Below, piece by piece: positions 15,425 to 29,400 of a stretch of DNA of 64,000 bases (positions are counted from its first letter, which is position 1; each line of letters opens with the position of its first letter). The notes beneath the pieces were generated by a model, which was given only the letters and a program-made list of their open reading frames with translations, was not told where the DNA came from and did no database searches. Source of the DNA: Anthoceros angustus (lineage: Eukaryota; Plantae; Anthocerotophyta); NCBI GenBank assembly GCA_010909165.1, contig VJWM01000025.1, positions 1,550,001 through 1,614,000 of the forward strand. The letters are read 5' to 3'. Made by a program: the position numbers and the translations under genes.

Positions 15425-17127
15425 GTTGATGCCACCCGCTCCCTCACGCAGCTCCTGAAATGGGCTCCTAGCTGAGCTGTAAGTGCTGCCACTGCTGCCT
15501 CCAATGCGGCAATCTTGTCAGCGTTAGCCGCTCCCTTGGCCTTGGCCCCATTCCGCTGTGATCGGCCCTTCGACGCATTCGAACTGCCAGCGGCTGTTGT
15601 GGGAGTCCCGGCTGAAGGTGTGGACTGTCCTTGCTGATATCTGCGCTTCGGATGCTTTTGAAAACAGACTGTAACCAAATGGCCATTCTTGTTGCAATTA
15701 GCATATCCTCAGAGTGAGCAGACAGGCTTTGCAAGTCGTAGTCGTAGGCTGGAAACCCACGAAAGACGTCACCAGGAATTGATGAGGACTGTCAGATTCC
15801 CGTCCATGACCACGGTCAAGCGCTTCAATCCATAAACAAAGACTGGAATGTGAGGCGCACGAAAATCGCTGCCGAAGAGAATGATTTCAAATTGAATGTG
15901 GACCCGGAGCAGTGAATTTGAAGCACACGAAGGAGCCTGGTATCAGCAGCCTGCACATGCCAGTGTCTCATGGCTTTCACATCCAAGACGACAAGCTCAA
16001 GTGTGCGCAGTGAGCTTGTCCTCTTCCTTCTTCCTAAAACTTTTCAACAAGTTTTCCAGTATCTTTCTACGAGCGCTTCCTTGCAGCAAGGTTGTCGTTG
16101 TTGCAGGTGCTGCGTATTTCATCTAATCCGTGTCCAATGCTTCATCTTCATATTCCCATGCTTCACGCGCACAATATATATAAGGTTTCAATGCGTGTTG
16201 CCGTGCAGCCTTTTGACTTCAGGTCATTTTCCTGCGGCTCTTGCATAATCTCTGGCACTTCCACGACATCGATCGTCCGGCTCCCTGTGTTTTCTCTCTA
16301 CTGTAGTACGGAGTTTTTCTCCATCAGCAAATGGCGCACCAGGGACGAATGACGTCCTCCATGGTGCGCGATGATGCAGGGCAGCAGGCCTTTCACGCGT
16401 TGCGTTGTCATGCTACTCGGGTGCAGGGCTGCAGGGCTGCAGGCCCCGGTCTTGACCAAGGCCTGCACCCGGCGTCAACACGGCCTGCACATGTCAGTAC
16501 AGGCAAACGGCGATATGGAAGGCGCAAACAACGGCGATATGTAAGGCGCAGTGCGAGGAGACAAGTTGAGGCCAGAAAAAACTAAGGGTGGATTCACACT
16601 ATAACCGGTCTTGACTGACCCGTCAGTGCCGCTTCACGGCCTTGTTTTAAGCGGTGACCCGTTCGACCTTCCTTGGCATTCACAGATCACCGGTGGTATT
16701 GGCGAGTGGTCAGCACGAGTTTAGGATAGAGTTTACCTGTTTCATGAAAATTATTTACATTATTACCGTATCTGAGGGGCGATTCGATGTTAATTAATTA
16801 AAATTAATAAAAGTTGAAAATTCAGAAATTATTATACTTTAAATATTGAATATGTAAAAATTAATGAATTTAAGATGCCAAAACCAAGGGAATTAGATTT
16901 TGTGTGAAAAATTAGGGTTTTTTTAGGGGAGGTCTATACATATCCATTAGTTCTATATAGATACCTATGTATTTTTAATAAATATTAAATTTTGATAAAA
17001 TTATTTTTTATAAATATAGAAATTTTGAGAAATATAAATATTTATGTTGAACCTTAGTGTTTTCAAAAATAATTATCTCGGCATTATCCTTGAACCACCC
17101 CGAGGTACTAGATTCTATTTTTCCCAG

Positions 17128-17720
17128 GGGCGAGGAGGAGCGAGCGGCGCGAGGGCGCGGCGAGGGAACGGGCGGGCGGGCGGGCGGGCGCTGGCGGGCA
17201 GGCGCGGCGGGCGGGCGGGCGGGCGCGGGCGCGGGCACGCGGGCGGCGCGGCGGGCGGACGCGGGCGCGGGCGGCGGCGACGCGGGCGGGCGGCGCGGGC
17301 GCGGGCGGCGCGGACGGGTGGCGCGGAGCGGGCGGAGCGGGCGCGGGCGCGGCGCGGCGGCGCGCGGGCGGGCGGGCGACGCGGCGGGAAATGCCCGGGC
17401 GCGGCGGCGGGCGCGCGGCGGGCCCGGGCGGTGAGGGCGCGGGCGGGCGGGCGGCGCGGGCGCGGAGGGGCGGTGCGCGGAGGGGCGGCGCGGGAGCGAC
17501 GGCGGGAGCGGGCGGAGCGGGCGCGGCGCGGAGCGGCGGCGGCGCGGAGCGGGCGGAGCGGGCGCGCGGGCGGTGAGGGCGCGGGCGCGGTGCGGGCGCG
17601 CGGGCGCGACAGGGTGCGGGCGCGGCGGGCGGACGCGGCGCGGTGCGGGCGGGCGACGCGGCGCGGGCGCGGGCGGGAAATGCCCGGGCGGGCGCGGGCG
17701 GCGGCCCGGACGGCAAGGCC
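17128..17720. repeat. Extreme G/C low-complexity tract (GGGC/GCGG-rich, almost no T)
   Basis: Composition seen directly; may be a consensus artefact. Confidence 0.7.
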
Positions 17721-17951
17721 CCGGCTCAGCGGTGGTAGGTGTGCCCGAGGTAGGTGGTGTTACGAGTCCGCAGACGGCAGGTGTAGCTCGTTGCCTACGG
17801 CCTGTGGGTGGGGCCCGCCGGGTTCACGCCGCTGTGCCACCGGAGTTGCGTGCTATGGCTGTCATGTATGTGGGAATTTTTTTTTTTTTTTCCCAATTTT
17901 GTTCGGCCTTTCTAGGTGGATTTCCTACCCCCTTTTGGGTTGCGAGTGCAA

Positions 17952-18100
17952 GGCGCTAGTTTGGTGGGTCGGCAAAGTGGTTCTGTGGGTTGCCCTCTAG
18001 GCGAGCTCTTTGGCGGCCTTTTGGGTTGAGGTAAAAGGGCGCTAGTTTGGTGGGTCGCAGTGGTTCTGTGGGTTGCCCTCTAGGCGAGCTCTTTGGCCGG
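17952..18100. repeat. Two ~87-bp-period direct repeats in CRE 5' region
   Basis: GGCGCTAGTTTGGTGGGTCG...GCCCTCTAGGCGAGCTCTTTGGC at ~17952 and ~18039. Confidence 0.85.
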
Positions 18101-21100
18101 CTTTATCACGGAGCTCACACTGTATGTCCCAGAAAGGCCGGGTCATTTTGTCCCCGGTCCCGGTACCTCCTCGGCCTGTCGCCCTCCATGGCGTTTGCGG
18201 GTTCTTTTAGTACCTTTCCCAATGGACGGTCTACACCTCCGGTGATCGAATGACACGGAGTGTCCCGTCTGTGCTCAACTCTCATCATGTGTCAAGGGGT
18301 GAAACCCACATTGGGCACATGCATAAAGATTTCACCGACTACTTGGCTGCCTAAGTGCACATTGCGACCTCCTCCGCCTGCAGTGCTCCGGCCCAAGATC
18401 GCCCATCGTGGGGTACCTCTTCCTCGGAATGGTTGCGGTCACCGGATCACATACTTGGGATGTTTGAAACCCGCTTCCATGCCCACAAGATCTTCCGCAG
18501 CTCCCCGCCACCTTCATGATGATGCCCGCTTACGCCTGCCTTCCCTTGATCGCCTGCGCCGATCCCAAGGACGAGTTAGCTTGGTGCCTTCTCCTTCTCC
18601 CGGTGGTGCCTTGGTGTTCTAGAGGTGGGGCCTGGGCACCGGAAGTTGCTAGCCGCCTCGCCGGGGTGGATCGGGCATCCCTCCGTGAGGAGGCTTTGCG
18701 TCGCCAAGGCTCGTGAACTGCATGCAGCTTGAACAGTCCCGGTAATGCAACCAACCCGCTGCTGTGTCAGGCCAGTGTGAGTATGTCATACGCTGTGGCT
18801 CTTCGACCCTCCCCTAGCCCCCGCCTCGAGGAGACCATTGTTGCCCTCCGTGCCTCCATCCAGCCTCCCAAGGATGCCATCCCCGACATATTTGACTACG
18901 CCCCGAGGATCCCTTCTCTGGATCGGGCGGCTTTTGCTCGCTCTCTACGACCCCACGCCTTTCATCCGCCGGTTGTCGAATGGTGTTTGAACACCTGTGG
19001 ACCTTTTTCTCCTCAAGATCCATCTAGCGGCTTCCAGCTCTTTTCTCCGCCGCGGCGGGTGAGACGCCCACCGGATTTCCCATGTTCTTAGCCAGTGCTT
19101 GTCGCTATGGACAAGCTCCTGTGCTCGGCGCCCCACTGCTGGAGAAGCCTTCATGCGACTACTCACCAAGACTATTGCCCTTCGGCCGCCTTCTTCTTCA
19201 AGAAGACCTCAACCCCTTCAATTTGGCACACACCGGGGCCGTGAGTCCGTGGTGCTTGGAGTGAAGGCATGCCTTGATACCCACCCGAGTGGGTGGTCTT
19301 ACAGTTGATGTCGAGAATGCCTTCAATACCATCTCTAGGGGCGCCATCTTCGAGGAGCTTAGGGATGTCAAGGCGCTGGGAGCCTTATACCTTTTGTCCG
19401 GTGCTTCTACGGAGGTCCTCCAACCTCTACTACCAAAGACAAGAACGCCTTCGTGGATTTGCTGCCTGCCTTGAATCGGCCATGTGTGCAAGGCGACCCC
19501 TAGGCGGTGCTCTTCGCCATTGCTCACTATAGGGCCCTTTCTAGGCCGCCTCTCACTGTCTTCCTTCACGGCATTTACCTCACATCCCTGCCCGGGACAA
19601 AGTTAAGGAGGCCTTTGAGCTCTTCTCTCATGAGCTTTCTCGTGGGCTTGAAGGTCAAGCCCAAGTGCCGGTCCGTCTCCGCTGAATTCTACCTACTTTG
19701 CAATCTCACTGGGAGATTGCTCCTGGATCTGGATTCTAGGGGTCCCTCTGCCTCGACTTCATCGGAGCTTCGACCAGCTCGCAGAGGACCTCTCCCATGT
19801 CGAGGACCTCCTTTGCCGGAGGATGCACAGTGGCCTTTGGAATTCTTTCCTCCTGCTTTGCTAGGCGCCTGTTACCTCATCCAGACGCCTCCGTCCCCGA
19901 CACTTTTGTCCTACCGCGCGGTTTGATAGGAAGATTATGGATACTCTGGGACATCCCGGGCCTGGGCTTTTGAGTGCCCTATGGGCGATCCGCTCACTGG
20001 CAAGCGCCCCTACCTATGCAATTTGAGGCACAGTTCCGCCTCACTGGAGGTCTCTTCCCGCGGCTTCGGCGCTGGGCCCTCTCGCCTCGCTTTCTCGGTT
20101 CATCCTCCATGACAGCCCTTTCCGAGGATCTCGACGTGTGGAGGAGGGAACCTTCTCTCCAAACGCCCTGAGGCAAGCTAGGGACATGTTATCGGATGCT
20201 CAAGGACTTCCTCCTTTCTCGACATTTATTATCGATGGTTTCAGGGGTTGCATCTCGCCGAGAAGCGCCGCTGGGCCGCCTCCAGACCCTCCATCCCTGT
20301 GTCCACAAGGCGCGGCCGCCTTGTTCGGAAGGGCGCAGTGCTTGGCTATTGGCCCGCCCATGCATACGGGTTTTCACATCGCACCAACCACCTTCACCAT
20401 CGCGATGCGATTCCGTCTGGATTCGCTCCACTGCGGCTTCTTCGCCCTTACTTGCGAAAGCGGCTCGCCTCGATGATTACGGGTACACCTTGCTCGTTGT
20501 CCCACGGGTCATCGATTGCCACTCACGACGCCATCCGCGCGTCATGTTCGCCATCGCCGCGAAAGCGCTACATGGCATGGAGGGAGCGGATGTATACTCC
20601 GCATGTGTCGCTCAATCCGGCCGACCTGCACTTGTCCGTGGCGACTGTGTTTCGTGGCGTATGTGGTGGTTACCGATCCTACACGAGACACCATCTCCGC
20701 CAGTCATCACTAACCGTCCAGTTCGCCGCCGAGGGGCTCAAGGTCCGCAATATTGCGGGATGCAAGCGGCCACCTCTTTATTCCGCTTGCACTAGAAACG
20801 ATAATGGTCGAGGACTTTGACAAATTTGTCAAGTCCTGTAAAGCTTACCATGCACGTAGACACGGTGGCGGGCCTCTCTCGCATTACAAAGATACTCCGA
20901 CAACGGGTTTCAATTGCCTTCAACGGCGCCTCAACGGCGATCCTCCACAAGGCGGCATGAGGTGACGATCTTCCTCTATCTCCGTGGTTTGCGTGCCGCT
21001 TATTCTTCCCGCATATGACATTGTGGGTGAGGTGACTTTAGGTAGGAGCTTATTTGCTCCTCTTCACCTTGACCCTGGTCCTCTTTGGTTGTCCCTCATA

Positions 21101-22605
21101 GATGGGCTTTTTCCATCGCTTTTCACCTCAATAAAATATTTTCTTTTCTCCCCAAAACTTTTCACGTTTCTCCCCCAAAACTTTTTTTCACGTTGTATAT
21201 CCCGTTGTACATGTGTCATTTATGCACTTCGCCATGCACTTCGGCTTTTGCTTTCTCAGCAGTCAGCCGCCTTCTTCTTATGCACGCCTGTTTGAGCGCC
21301 GCCTTTTAGGGTTGTGGTGTGGAGATTGGAATAGAGCTTGGTGCAAATTATCATGGCACACAATGATGAGGTGTATATTTTTAAAAAATATTTTTATTAA
21401 AGTATATTATTCGTATTGATATTTTTAATTTATTGGTCTATGTATAATTAATGACACCATACTTTTAGGTTTAGCAATATTGTGTGTTATGGAGATCATA
21501 TCCTCCACCCATATGAGAATGATGATAGGAGTTGCTGCAGCAATGATTCAATTAAAGCAGAGACATAAAAGAGGCACCATGCGGGATACACGAACTCAAT
21601 GGGCTGTGGAAAGGAGCCATATATTTGGAGACCAATTACTATCGACAGGCGAAAGGCATGAAACTAGGAGCAGGTATGAAGCTAGGAGGAGGCATGGAAC
21701 TTGAAGATGGCAATGGCAATCCAAGATGAGGAAGCAGCTCACTTGTGGCAGAGAAGTTAGGTTGCCTTCCAATAGCAACATCTCGACCAAGATAGGAGAG
21801 GAGAGACTCAGACAAGGATGAGCCCAATGGTCTATCAAGAGAGTAGAGGGTGCGATGAAAGCCTCTTCTCAATCTGCAAAAAGCGGCAATGGAAGAGTTT
21901 GGAACATGCAACCATGGAAGGGAAGCCCGCAAGGCTTCACACGGAAATTCAACTCGACATTTGGAAGGGAGTGAAGAGACGGGAAGTGTGTTGATTAAAG
22001 ATGTATGATTTGCATAATTATGGATCATAGTAACTTAAAAAGGCGCACGCAATTAGTTCATAAGGCTCACCATGTGGTATGTCACCAGACGCACCTTCAC
22101 CCCTAGGTGCTGACACCATTTTTCGATCGACGGCTTGACAATGTGAATGGACGCCATCTCCTTGACCATTAGTATGCCTTGGGGTTTCGACTTACCACCC
22201 TTCACGCAGGTATTCTTCGTCCATGTCACATACTATTAGGTGATTACCTCCAATTGCTTCTTCATGTTCCCCACTTCCTACTTCTTCATGTTCCCAAGTT
22301 CCTGCTTCCTGCCTCCATGCACGCTAGTTCATGAAGTCTGTAAGTTGTGGAAACTCTCACCTGTTGGTTCCTTGTCCCAACCAATGTTGCTTCCTTGTCC
22401 CATCTAATACCGGCATAGTGCTCTCACTGTCGTTTGAAGGAGCTTGATTATGATGAGGATCTCGTGATGTCTCCAATGACAATTGTATCTTTTGAACATA
22501 TACGAAGCTTGAGAGACTTGATATCCGGTTACCTCGCCTCGGCCAATTGTAAATTTAGGTGTGTCTAGAATGGGGCCACCAATTATGTTGGGCGTAGTGG
22601 GCTTG

Positions 22606-23038
22606 GATGTGAGCCACATCAAACACTGCATCGATGTGAAAGCCACATTAAGCACTTGCTTCGATGTGAAAGCCATACCCAAGCGCTTGCTTCGATGTGA
22701 AAGCCATACCAAGCACTTGCTTCGATGTGAAAGCAACATCAAACATTGCTTCAATGTGGCCTTCGCTTGGTTGTGAAAGCCACATCAAACACTTGCTTCG
22801 ATTTGAAAGCCACATTAAACACTTGCTTTCCATGTGAAAGACACATCAAACACTTGCTTCGATGTGAAAGCCACATCAAACACTTGCTTGGATGTGAAAG
22901 CCACACTAAACACTTGCTTTCCATGTGAAAGACACATCAAACACTTGCTTCGATGTGAAAGCCACATCAAACACTCGCTTCTATGTGAAAGCCACATCAA
23001 ACACTTGCCTCGATGTGAAATCCATATCAAATACTTCC
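22606..23038. repeat. 30-bp minisatellite, ~14 units (copy 2)
   Basis: Same unit as 6847-7300. Confidence 0.95.
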
Positions 23039-23260
23039 ACAAAAGGACGGTCACAAAAGGAAAAAGACGGTCACAAAAAGAAAAAGATGGTCACGAAAAG
23101 AAAAAGGAAGGTCACAAAAGGAAAAAGGACGGTCACCAAAGGAAAAAGGACGGTCACAAAAGGAAAAAGACGGTCACAAAAAGAAAAAGATGGTCACAAA
23201 AAGAAAAAAGGTCACAAAAGAAAAAAGGACGGTCACCAAAGGAAAAAGGACGACAAAAGG
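23039..23260. repeat. ~20-21-bp GACGGTCAC minisatellite (copy 2)
   Basis: Direct observation. Confidence 0.9.
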
Positions 23261-23604
23261 GCATTGCCTTGACAACCACATTTACCTGTCCCCTAGCCGC
23301 AACGAGCAACATGCGGCGCGCGCCGCGGATGCACACAGGTCGGCTGTGGATATATACTATGGACCATGGTGGCTTTTATGGACATGAGGTACGACGTGTA
23401 CGCCCCTACGCGCCGGAGCAATATTAAAGAGGCTTCGGAGATTCGTTGATGAGATGCATCCAGACTCAGACCACCTTGACAAACCCCATGCTGAACGTAC
23501 CCTATGGCATGGAGGATTCCGGCAGTGTATGGTTGAACCATGTCAGCAATACCATTCGCTGACCTGTGGGATGCTAGCTCAGGATGACTCCTGCAAATGT
23601 AGCA

Positions 23605-24705
23605 TGTGGTTCTCCGGAAGAACAAAATCCATTCACAAAATGGTGGACACGGTGAGCATCTCTCATCTCCTATTTTTCGATCCGCTACAGGACTTTGATT
23701 CCATAAGCCCGTAATGCCAATGCCAGCTTCTCAGAATGGCCACTTCACGCATCTTCCTCAGATACGCGCTTTAGCACCAATTGCGTGTGGCACATGGCCT
23801 CCATCGTCCTTGCAACACACAATTCAAGCTGCTTAGCTTCAAGGAAATGTCGTCCCTGTCTTCTCCCACAGCGAATGTGTGCACCTGGCTGTTCACCTCA
23901 ATCCACGCCCATGCAGCCTTCTTGAATGGACCTGACCTCTTCCCAGGTTCTCTACCCTCTCTACATCCCTCCACATGCCAGCATCTGTGTACACATTTCC
24001 AAGTAGCACATATGCTGCTGCATTTTAGGTTCAAGTTTTATAAGTTGCTCAAAGCATCGACCCTCACGCTCAGGATCTCCATGGCTTTTGCACGCATTCA
24101 GCAAGGCTTTCCACCTCACAACATCATTCTCAAAGGGCATGGAGTACAACAACTTCCCTGCCTCATCCAGACGCCCTGGCTCGCCCAAGGATGTTATCCA
24201 TGCAAGCGCAGTGATAAACCCCAGATGAGATCCTGCCATGCTCCTGCACCATGCGTTCAAAATACTGCTGACCCTCATCCACCAGTCCAGCGTGTCTGCA
24301 TGCCACAGGAAGAGCGTGCATAAAGAGTCCAAGCTTCTTCACCAAGCCCTGGCTGAACAAAGCCTATGATCATGGTATTCCACGTCACCAAACTAGTTTC
24401 TGGCAGGCAGTCTGTCCAACACCCTGCAACAATCCTCTAAGCTACCACATTCTGCATACATGCCCACCACACTGGTACCAACAACCAAATCTGCTTCTAG
24501 ACCTATTTCTTGTTGCTGAAAATGGGGCTCCCTCCCCTGTAGGTCACCAAGCCAGCACATGCATTCAGGAGGCAAACAAACGTGAAACTATCAGCAGGCA
24601 TCCTCTAGGACAGCTCCTCAACGAAATGGCCTCCAGTTGCATACATCTGGAAAGCCCAAGAGCTTCTCTGCCGAACCCTTGGTGTGCATGCCCTGCAATC
24701 AAGCC
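23605..24705 (-). pseudogene. PPR-E-DYW:KP remnant (copy 2)
   Basis: ORFs 23771-24034, 23961-24332 and 24393-24575; HSEKLALA at ~23715-23740. Confidence 0.8.
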
Positions 24706-25930
24706 ATACCCCACTGGGTCTGGCTCCAACAGCGGCTGAGACTTTATGAAGCTGTGAGGAAATCGGTGGTGCGTTTCGATGGGGTATTGGTGGCGTTCTC
24801 CAGGCCATCCTAGCTGTTCGAGTCCATTTTGCGAGGGCAGCAGCTGGGGCTGTACTCAGGTTCCAAGCTCTATCCCGCATTGGCGTCCGCATACCCTCAT
24901 GAATGGGGTTGCTGCGAGAAAAGAATATCAGACCATGATCATACAAAGGCAAGGCTATGTCAACACAACGAGATTGATCATCACACTCACCTGATGGATC
25001 TACATGGGAGAGTCATGAAGGAGCCTGGAAGGGTGCGTAGGTATTTCACCACCAAGTCCATATCTACAGGATTCCTGCAAGGAAATGGCAGAGGGTTTAT
25101 AAATACGCTTCTAACAAGAGATCCTTCCAAGCTACCGACTTGAGTCTGTCACAGTAGCACAGACCTGAAGGAGCTCGAAGCCATCGGCGTGTCACCAATG
25201 TCTGAGAGTTGATCTCTCCGCACTGCCACACGATCAGATGCAGGCTCAGACACAACATCCTAGATAGACAGCACCTCAGAAGCCGGCAGTTCAGAGTTGT
25301 GAACAATTGTTTGACAAACACACACAAGGAGGACACGAGGCATAACTGTACCCTCCTCCATTTGAGACTGTAGGTCAAATCGAACAGTGGTGTTTGTACA
25401 TCCTTTACACGGCCTCGGTAACCTTTGGACCGCCCCAATCTTATTTTGACTGTCCTCCCAAGTAGCCCCTCATCTCTTAGGGCGTGGCCCCATTTCGGCC
25501 ACCATAACCTCCTCCAAACCCTGCAGTCAAGTTTATCTCAGCAACGTTGGTCTACCTACGAAATACTGCCATCTTCTCCAGATTTCTGGGATTTCTGCAC
25601 AGCAAAAGTTGGGACCACATTGGTGTCCACACTCTTCAGAGAGACCATCTTGTAGAGGCAACCATCCTTGAAAGTCATCCCATTGAAAACATGAAGGAGT
25701 TCTCCCGTCGCTACATCACGCCTATAGTCAACAGGGATTCTCATGTTTCTGTACAGCAGCAAAGGTTTGCATGAGGTTCGTACAACAGCTTGAACCTGCT
25801 GCACCAACGAGTGACCAAGAGACATGCAGGAAGAGAGTGGGATGGCCTACTTGAGCTCCTCAACGTTCAAGAACCGTGGAGCTGGTCTCAAAGTCTTGTT
25901 TTTGTCCCTGTCATCTCTATCACCCTGCAC
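24705..25930 (-). pseudogene. SPT5: SPT5 fragment (copy 2) with ~1.28-kb internal deletion
   Basis: Junction TACGAAA|TACTGCC at ~25563 removes the equivalent of 9828-11108. Confidence 0.85.
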
Positions 25931-26449
25931 GTCAATTGATTTGGAACCCCACTTTCAGTGAAAGATGGTTATGTACCATGATATGTGGTACATGAGCTAG
26001 GCGCTCAGCCCCGCTTTCAGTGAGCTGTTTGAGCTCACAATAGTTTGCTCGGGTCCGGACGTACCCGGTACAACCATCCAAAACGAAAACACGAGCACCA
26101 TGTCTGCATGAGCCGTTCTGCAAAGACGTCTATGGATCCGGTAGCATTGCTGGCAGGATGAAACGTGAGAAGCACTTTTCGGTACAAGTTTTTCTTTGAC
26201 ACCACTTCACCAGCACCTCAATTGAAAGACTCCAAGGGGCGGCGGCAGTCAGCTATGTACATACCTCTAACCATATAGCTATGAACATACCTCTGACACA
26301 CCAGGGGATCTAAAGTAGTGCCACGCAGGGGACCAAGACACATTGTACACACCATTGTGATCATATTCGTTGTCTGCATGATGCGGGCTGTTGTTGCAAT
26401 CCATCAGTCCATCATGAGTCAACAGCGGTTGGCCACTAGAATGTTGGAA

Positions 26450-29400
26450 TCACAGATGTTGCATCTCCGTTTCAGGGTAATATGTGCTGGAGCTATTCCA
26501 CAAAGAGGAATGAGAACTTAGCAGGGACAAGCTGTCACAGGAAGTATCAACATCATCCTGCGCATTCTGTGGCTGCACACAATGGCGAGCATCATTCGAT
26601 TGGGGGGAGCTCGACGCGTCCGAGTCCCAGTGAAGCCAGAGGGTTTGCAACTCGTTCCGGACCTCCTTCATTTCGGGACGATCTCGGGATCTGGGGGCCA
26701 AGCACCTGACAGCCAAAGCGGCCACACTGGCTATCGATGCCCTCCCATTCGCTGAACTGTGCGTGTCCGCCAACATAGGGTCGATCAGTTCTTGCCACTC
26801 CCCCCTGTCCATGGCAGACAGTGCCAGGGTCACCAAGCTAGTAGCTTCATAGCCTCTCCCAAAATCGATAGCAGGCTTTGAGGAGATGAGTTCCAGTAGC
26901 ACAACGCCGAAGCTGTAGACATCGCTCCTGGGAGTCAGCTGGAAGCTGGAAAAATACTCTGGATCAATGTAGCCCATGGTGCCTGGATTGCCACTGTGGA
27001 GACATGAGTAGCTGTCTTGCTGGAGCTAGCTTGAGATGCTGAAATCTGCCACCTTGGCATTCAAGTCGTCGTCCAGGAGAATGTTGCAAGACTTGATGTC
27101 TCGGTGGAAGATGGGAGGGTCGGCAGCCGAATGAAGATAGGCCAGGGCATCGGCAGTCTGTAGCGCGATGAGAAGGCGTTGCCTCCAGCTGAGGGGAGAG
27201 AACCCTTGTCTGGTCCCTTCCAGATGTTCCTTGAGTGTGCCGTTGGGGACAAACTCGAAGACGATGAGAGCAATTTTGTTCTCCATGGAACAACCCAGCA
27301 GCTTCACCAAGTGTCTGTGACTCACTCCCGACAGAATCCTGACCTCATTGAGAAACTGGTACTTGTACTGGGGAGCCTTCACGCTTGCCCTTCTTGATGG
27401 CTACCGCTGTGCCATCGGCGAGCTTGCCACGGTACACTGTGCCGAAGCCGCCGGCTCCGATCTGGGCCGAGTCCGAGAAGTTGGAGGTGGCTTTGCGGAG
27501 TTCCCCAAGGGGCATCACCGTCACCGTTTGCCTCTCGAGCAGCGTGGCGATCAAGTCCGCATCTTGCTGGTGCTTTTTGGAATACACTCTCCATCTCCAG
27601 AGGGAGAACAAACAACTGGCCGCGCAAACCAATACAGCGGAAACCACTATTGCCACAACCACCCACAGGTTGATACCATGGCCAGCAGGCGCAGCAGGTT
27701 GATTCCTGCATGGCGGAAGAGGTTCGCCGCAGAGGCCCGGATTGTCGGCGAAGAAGGTGGCGTTACTGAGATCCGGACGCAGGCCACCTGGGATGGGTCC
27801 TGAGAGATTGTTGCCGGACAGATTGATGGTTCTCAGGTTAGGCAATGCAAAGAAAAGCTTACCAGGTATTTCTCCTGACAGATTGTTGTGGCTAAGGTCC
27901 AAGACTTGCAGAGTGAGAGGAAAGCTGTCTGGAATGGGGCCGGACAGCTTGCTGTGGGATGCGTTGAAGTGCAGCAAGCTCGGCAGACCTGTGAAAAGCT
28001 CAGCCGGCATCGTTCCTCCAAATTGGTGTTGCTCAGATCCAACACGCCGAGAGTGATGGGTAACCTTCCGGGAATGAGGCCAGATAATCTGTTGTTGGAC
28101 AGGTTGAGGAAGGTCAAATTGGGCATGGAAAGATAGAAAAGCTGGTCCGGCACTGTTCCGCTCAAGTTGCAAGATGCAAGATCCAAGATCTGGAAGGAGT
28201 CCAGACTCGTTGGCCTGGAACAATTGAGGCTGTCCGGCAATGGTATGCCCATGAGATCGCTACCCGCTAGACGAAGTTCCTCCAGCGGGGGACATCAGAA
28301 AAGGTCGGCACAAAATCTCCAGCATACTCTGCAAAGGATTGGGGAACTCCTCGGAATGTGTCATGTTGAAATCGTTGTGGCTCAAGTCCCAAACTGGCCC
28401 GACCGCCAGGTCCTCGTCCGAGAGGAAGTTGGTGAGGTCCCCAGTGAATCGGTTGCCTTGCACTCGGATACTGGTGGAAATCGCCCGAGAAATGTTGCCG
28501 AGAACTTTGATGAAGTCACCTGACAGTTGGTTGTTTTGAAGCCACAGAACCGGGATATAATCGTCCCAGCCCGAGGCGAAGTGGGAAGGAAGAGAGCCAT
28601 TCAGCTGATTGTGACTCAGATCCAGGGTAAATATTGGAGATACGAATCCACCTGGAGGGTCGGGTATGCTGCCAATCAGAGAATTGCTGGAGAGATTCAA
28701 ATGCGACAGCCCTGCACCATATAGGAAAGTGGCAGGAATGCTGCCATTCAGCTCATTTCCAGACAGATCCACCCATCCAGCCAATTGCGCCGTGAAATCC
28801 GGAGGGATGGGGCCAGACAAGTTGTTGTGGGACAGGTCCACGTAAGTCAGGTTTGGCAACAAGGACGGGATGTGGCCTTGCAGATCGTTCCATGACAGGT
28901 CCAACACCTGAAGACTGGGAAAATTGATGCCTGCGAACTCCGGTAACTGTCCCCCAATTTGGTTCCGGGAAAGGTTCACCCGTTGCAGAGCAGAATGAAT
29001 CTGGAAGAAGGAACTGGTGAAGTTTGTGAAGCTGTTTTGGGCTGCATCCAGGAATCGCAGGGTTGGGGCAGAGGGCACCTCCCCGCTCAAATTGTTGCTG
29101 GTGAGAGAGACATGGGCGAGGCGTGTTAGCCCTTCCAAACTGGGGACGCTTCCGTTCAAGAAGTTATCAGACAGATCCAGGCTCACGAGTTTGGTGAGAC
29201 TGCTCAATTCCTCAGGGAAGCCTCCAACCAGTTCACTGTCAGCAAGAGACAAAACCTGCAGCTCCGACAGCCCCCCGAAGTTGAGAACCGTCGTCACAGA
29301 CCCATGCCTGGGTGGCAAGCCCCTGTCCGCATAGAGGTAATGGAGGTTGGGACCTGCGCTCAAAGAGTTTCTGGTGTCCCAACTTCCGGAAACGTCCAGC

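Larger units (their letters stand above)
17126..21136 (+). mobile_element. CRE/SLACS-clade non-LTR retrotransposon (RT + zinc knuckle + restriction-like endonuclease), degenerate
   Basis: RT motifs GEAFMRL, PLQFG, DVENAFNTISR and GDPLGG.LFAIAH (19100-19540). C-terminal DDYG..LARCPTG/THDAIR, PADL, VVVTDPTR and FIPLALET (20450-20810). AATAAA at 21130; duplicated target sequence; absent from other copies. Confidence 0.8.
16586..22199. mobile_element. PIF/Harbinger-like remnant copy 2, right TIR deleted, interrupted by CRE element
   Basis: TAA|GGGTGGATTCAC at 16583-16597; homology to 3763-5631 resumes after 21137. Confidence 0.45.

Noticed and set aside
17008-18000. Gly/Arg/Ala/Pro-rich ORFs (318 aa, 202 aa and others)
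   Set aside because: They arise from the G/C-only tract that lacks stop codons; no domain signal.
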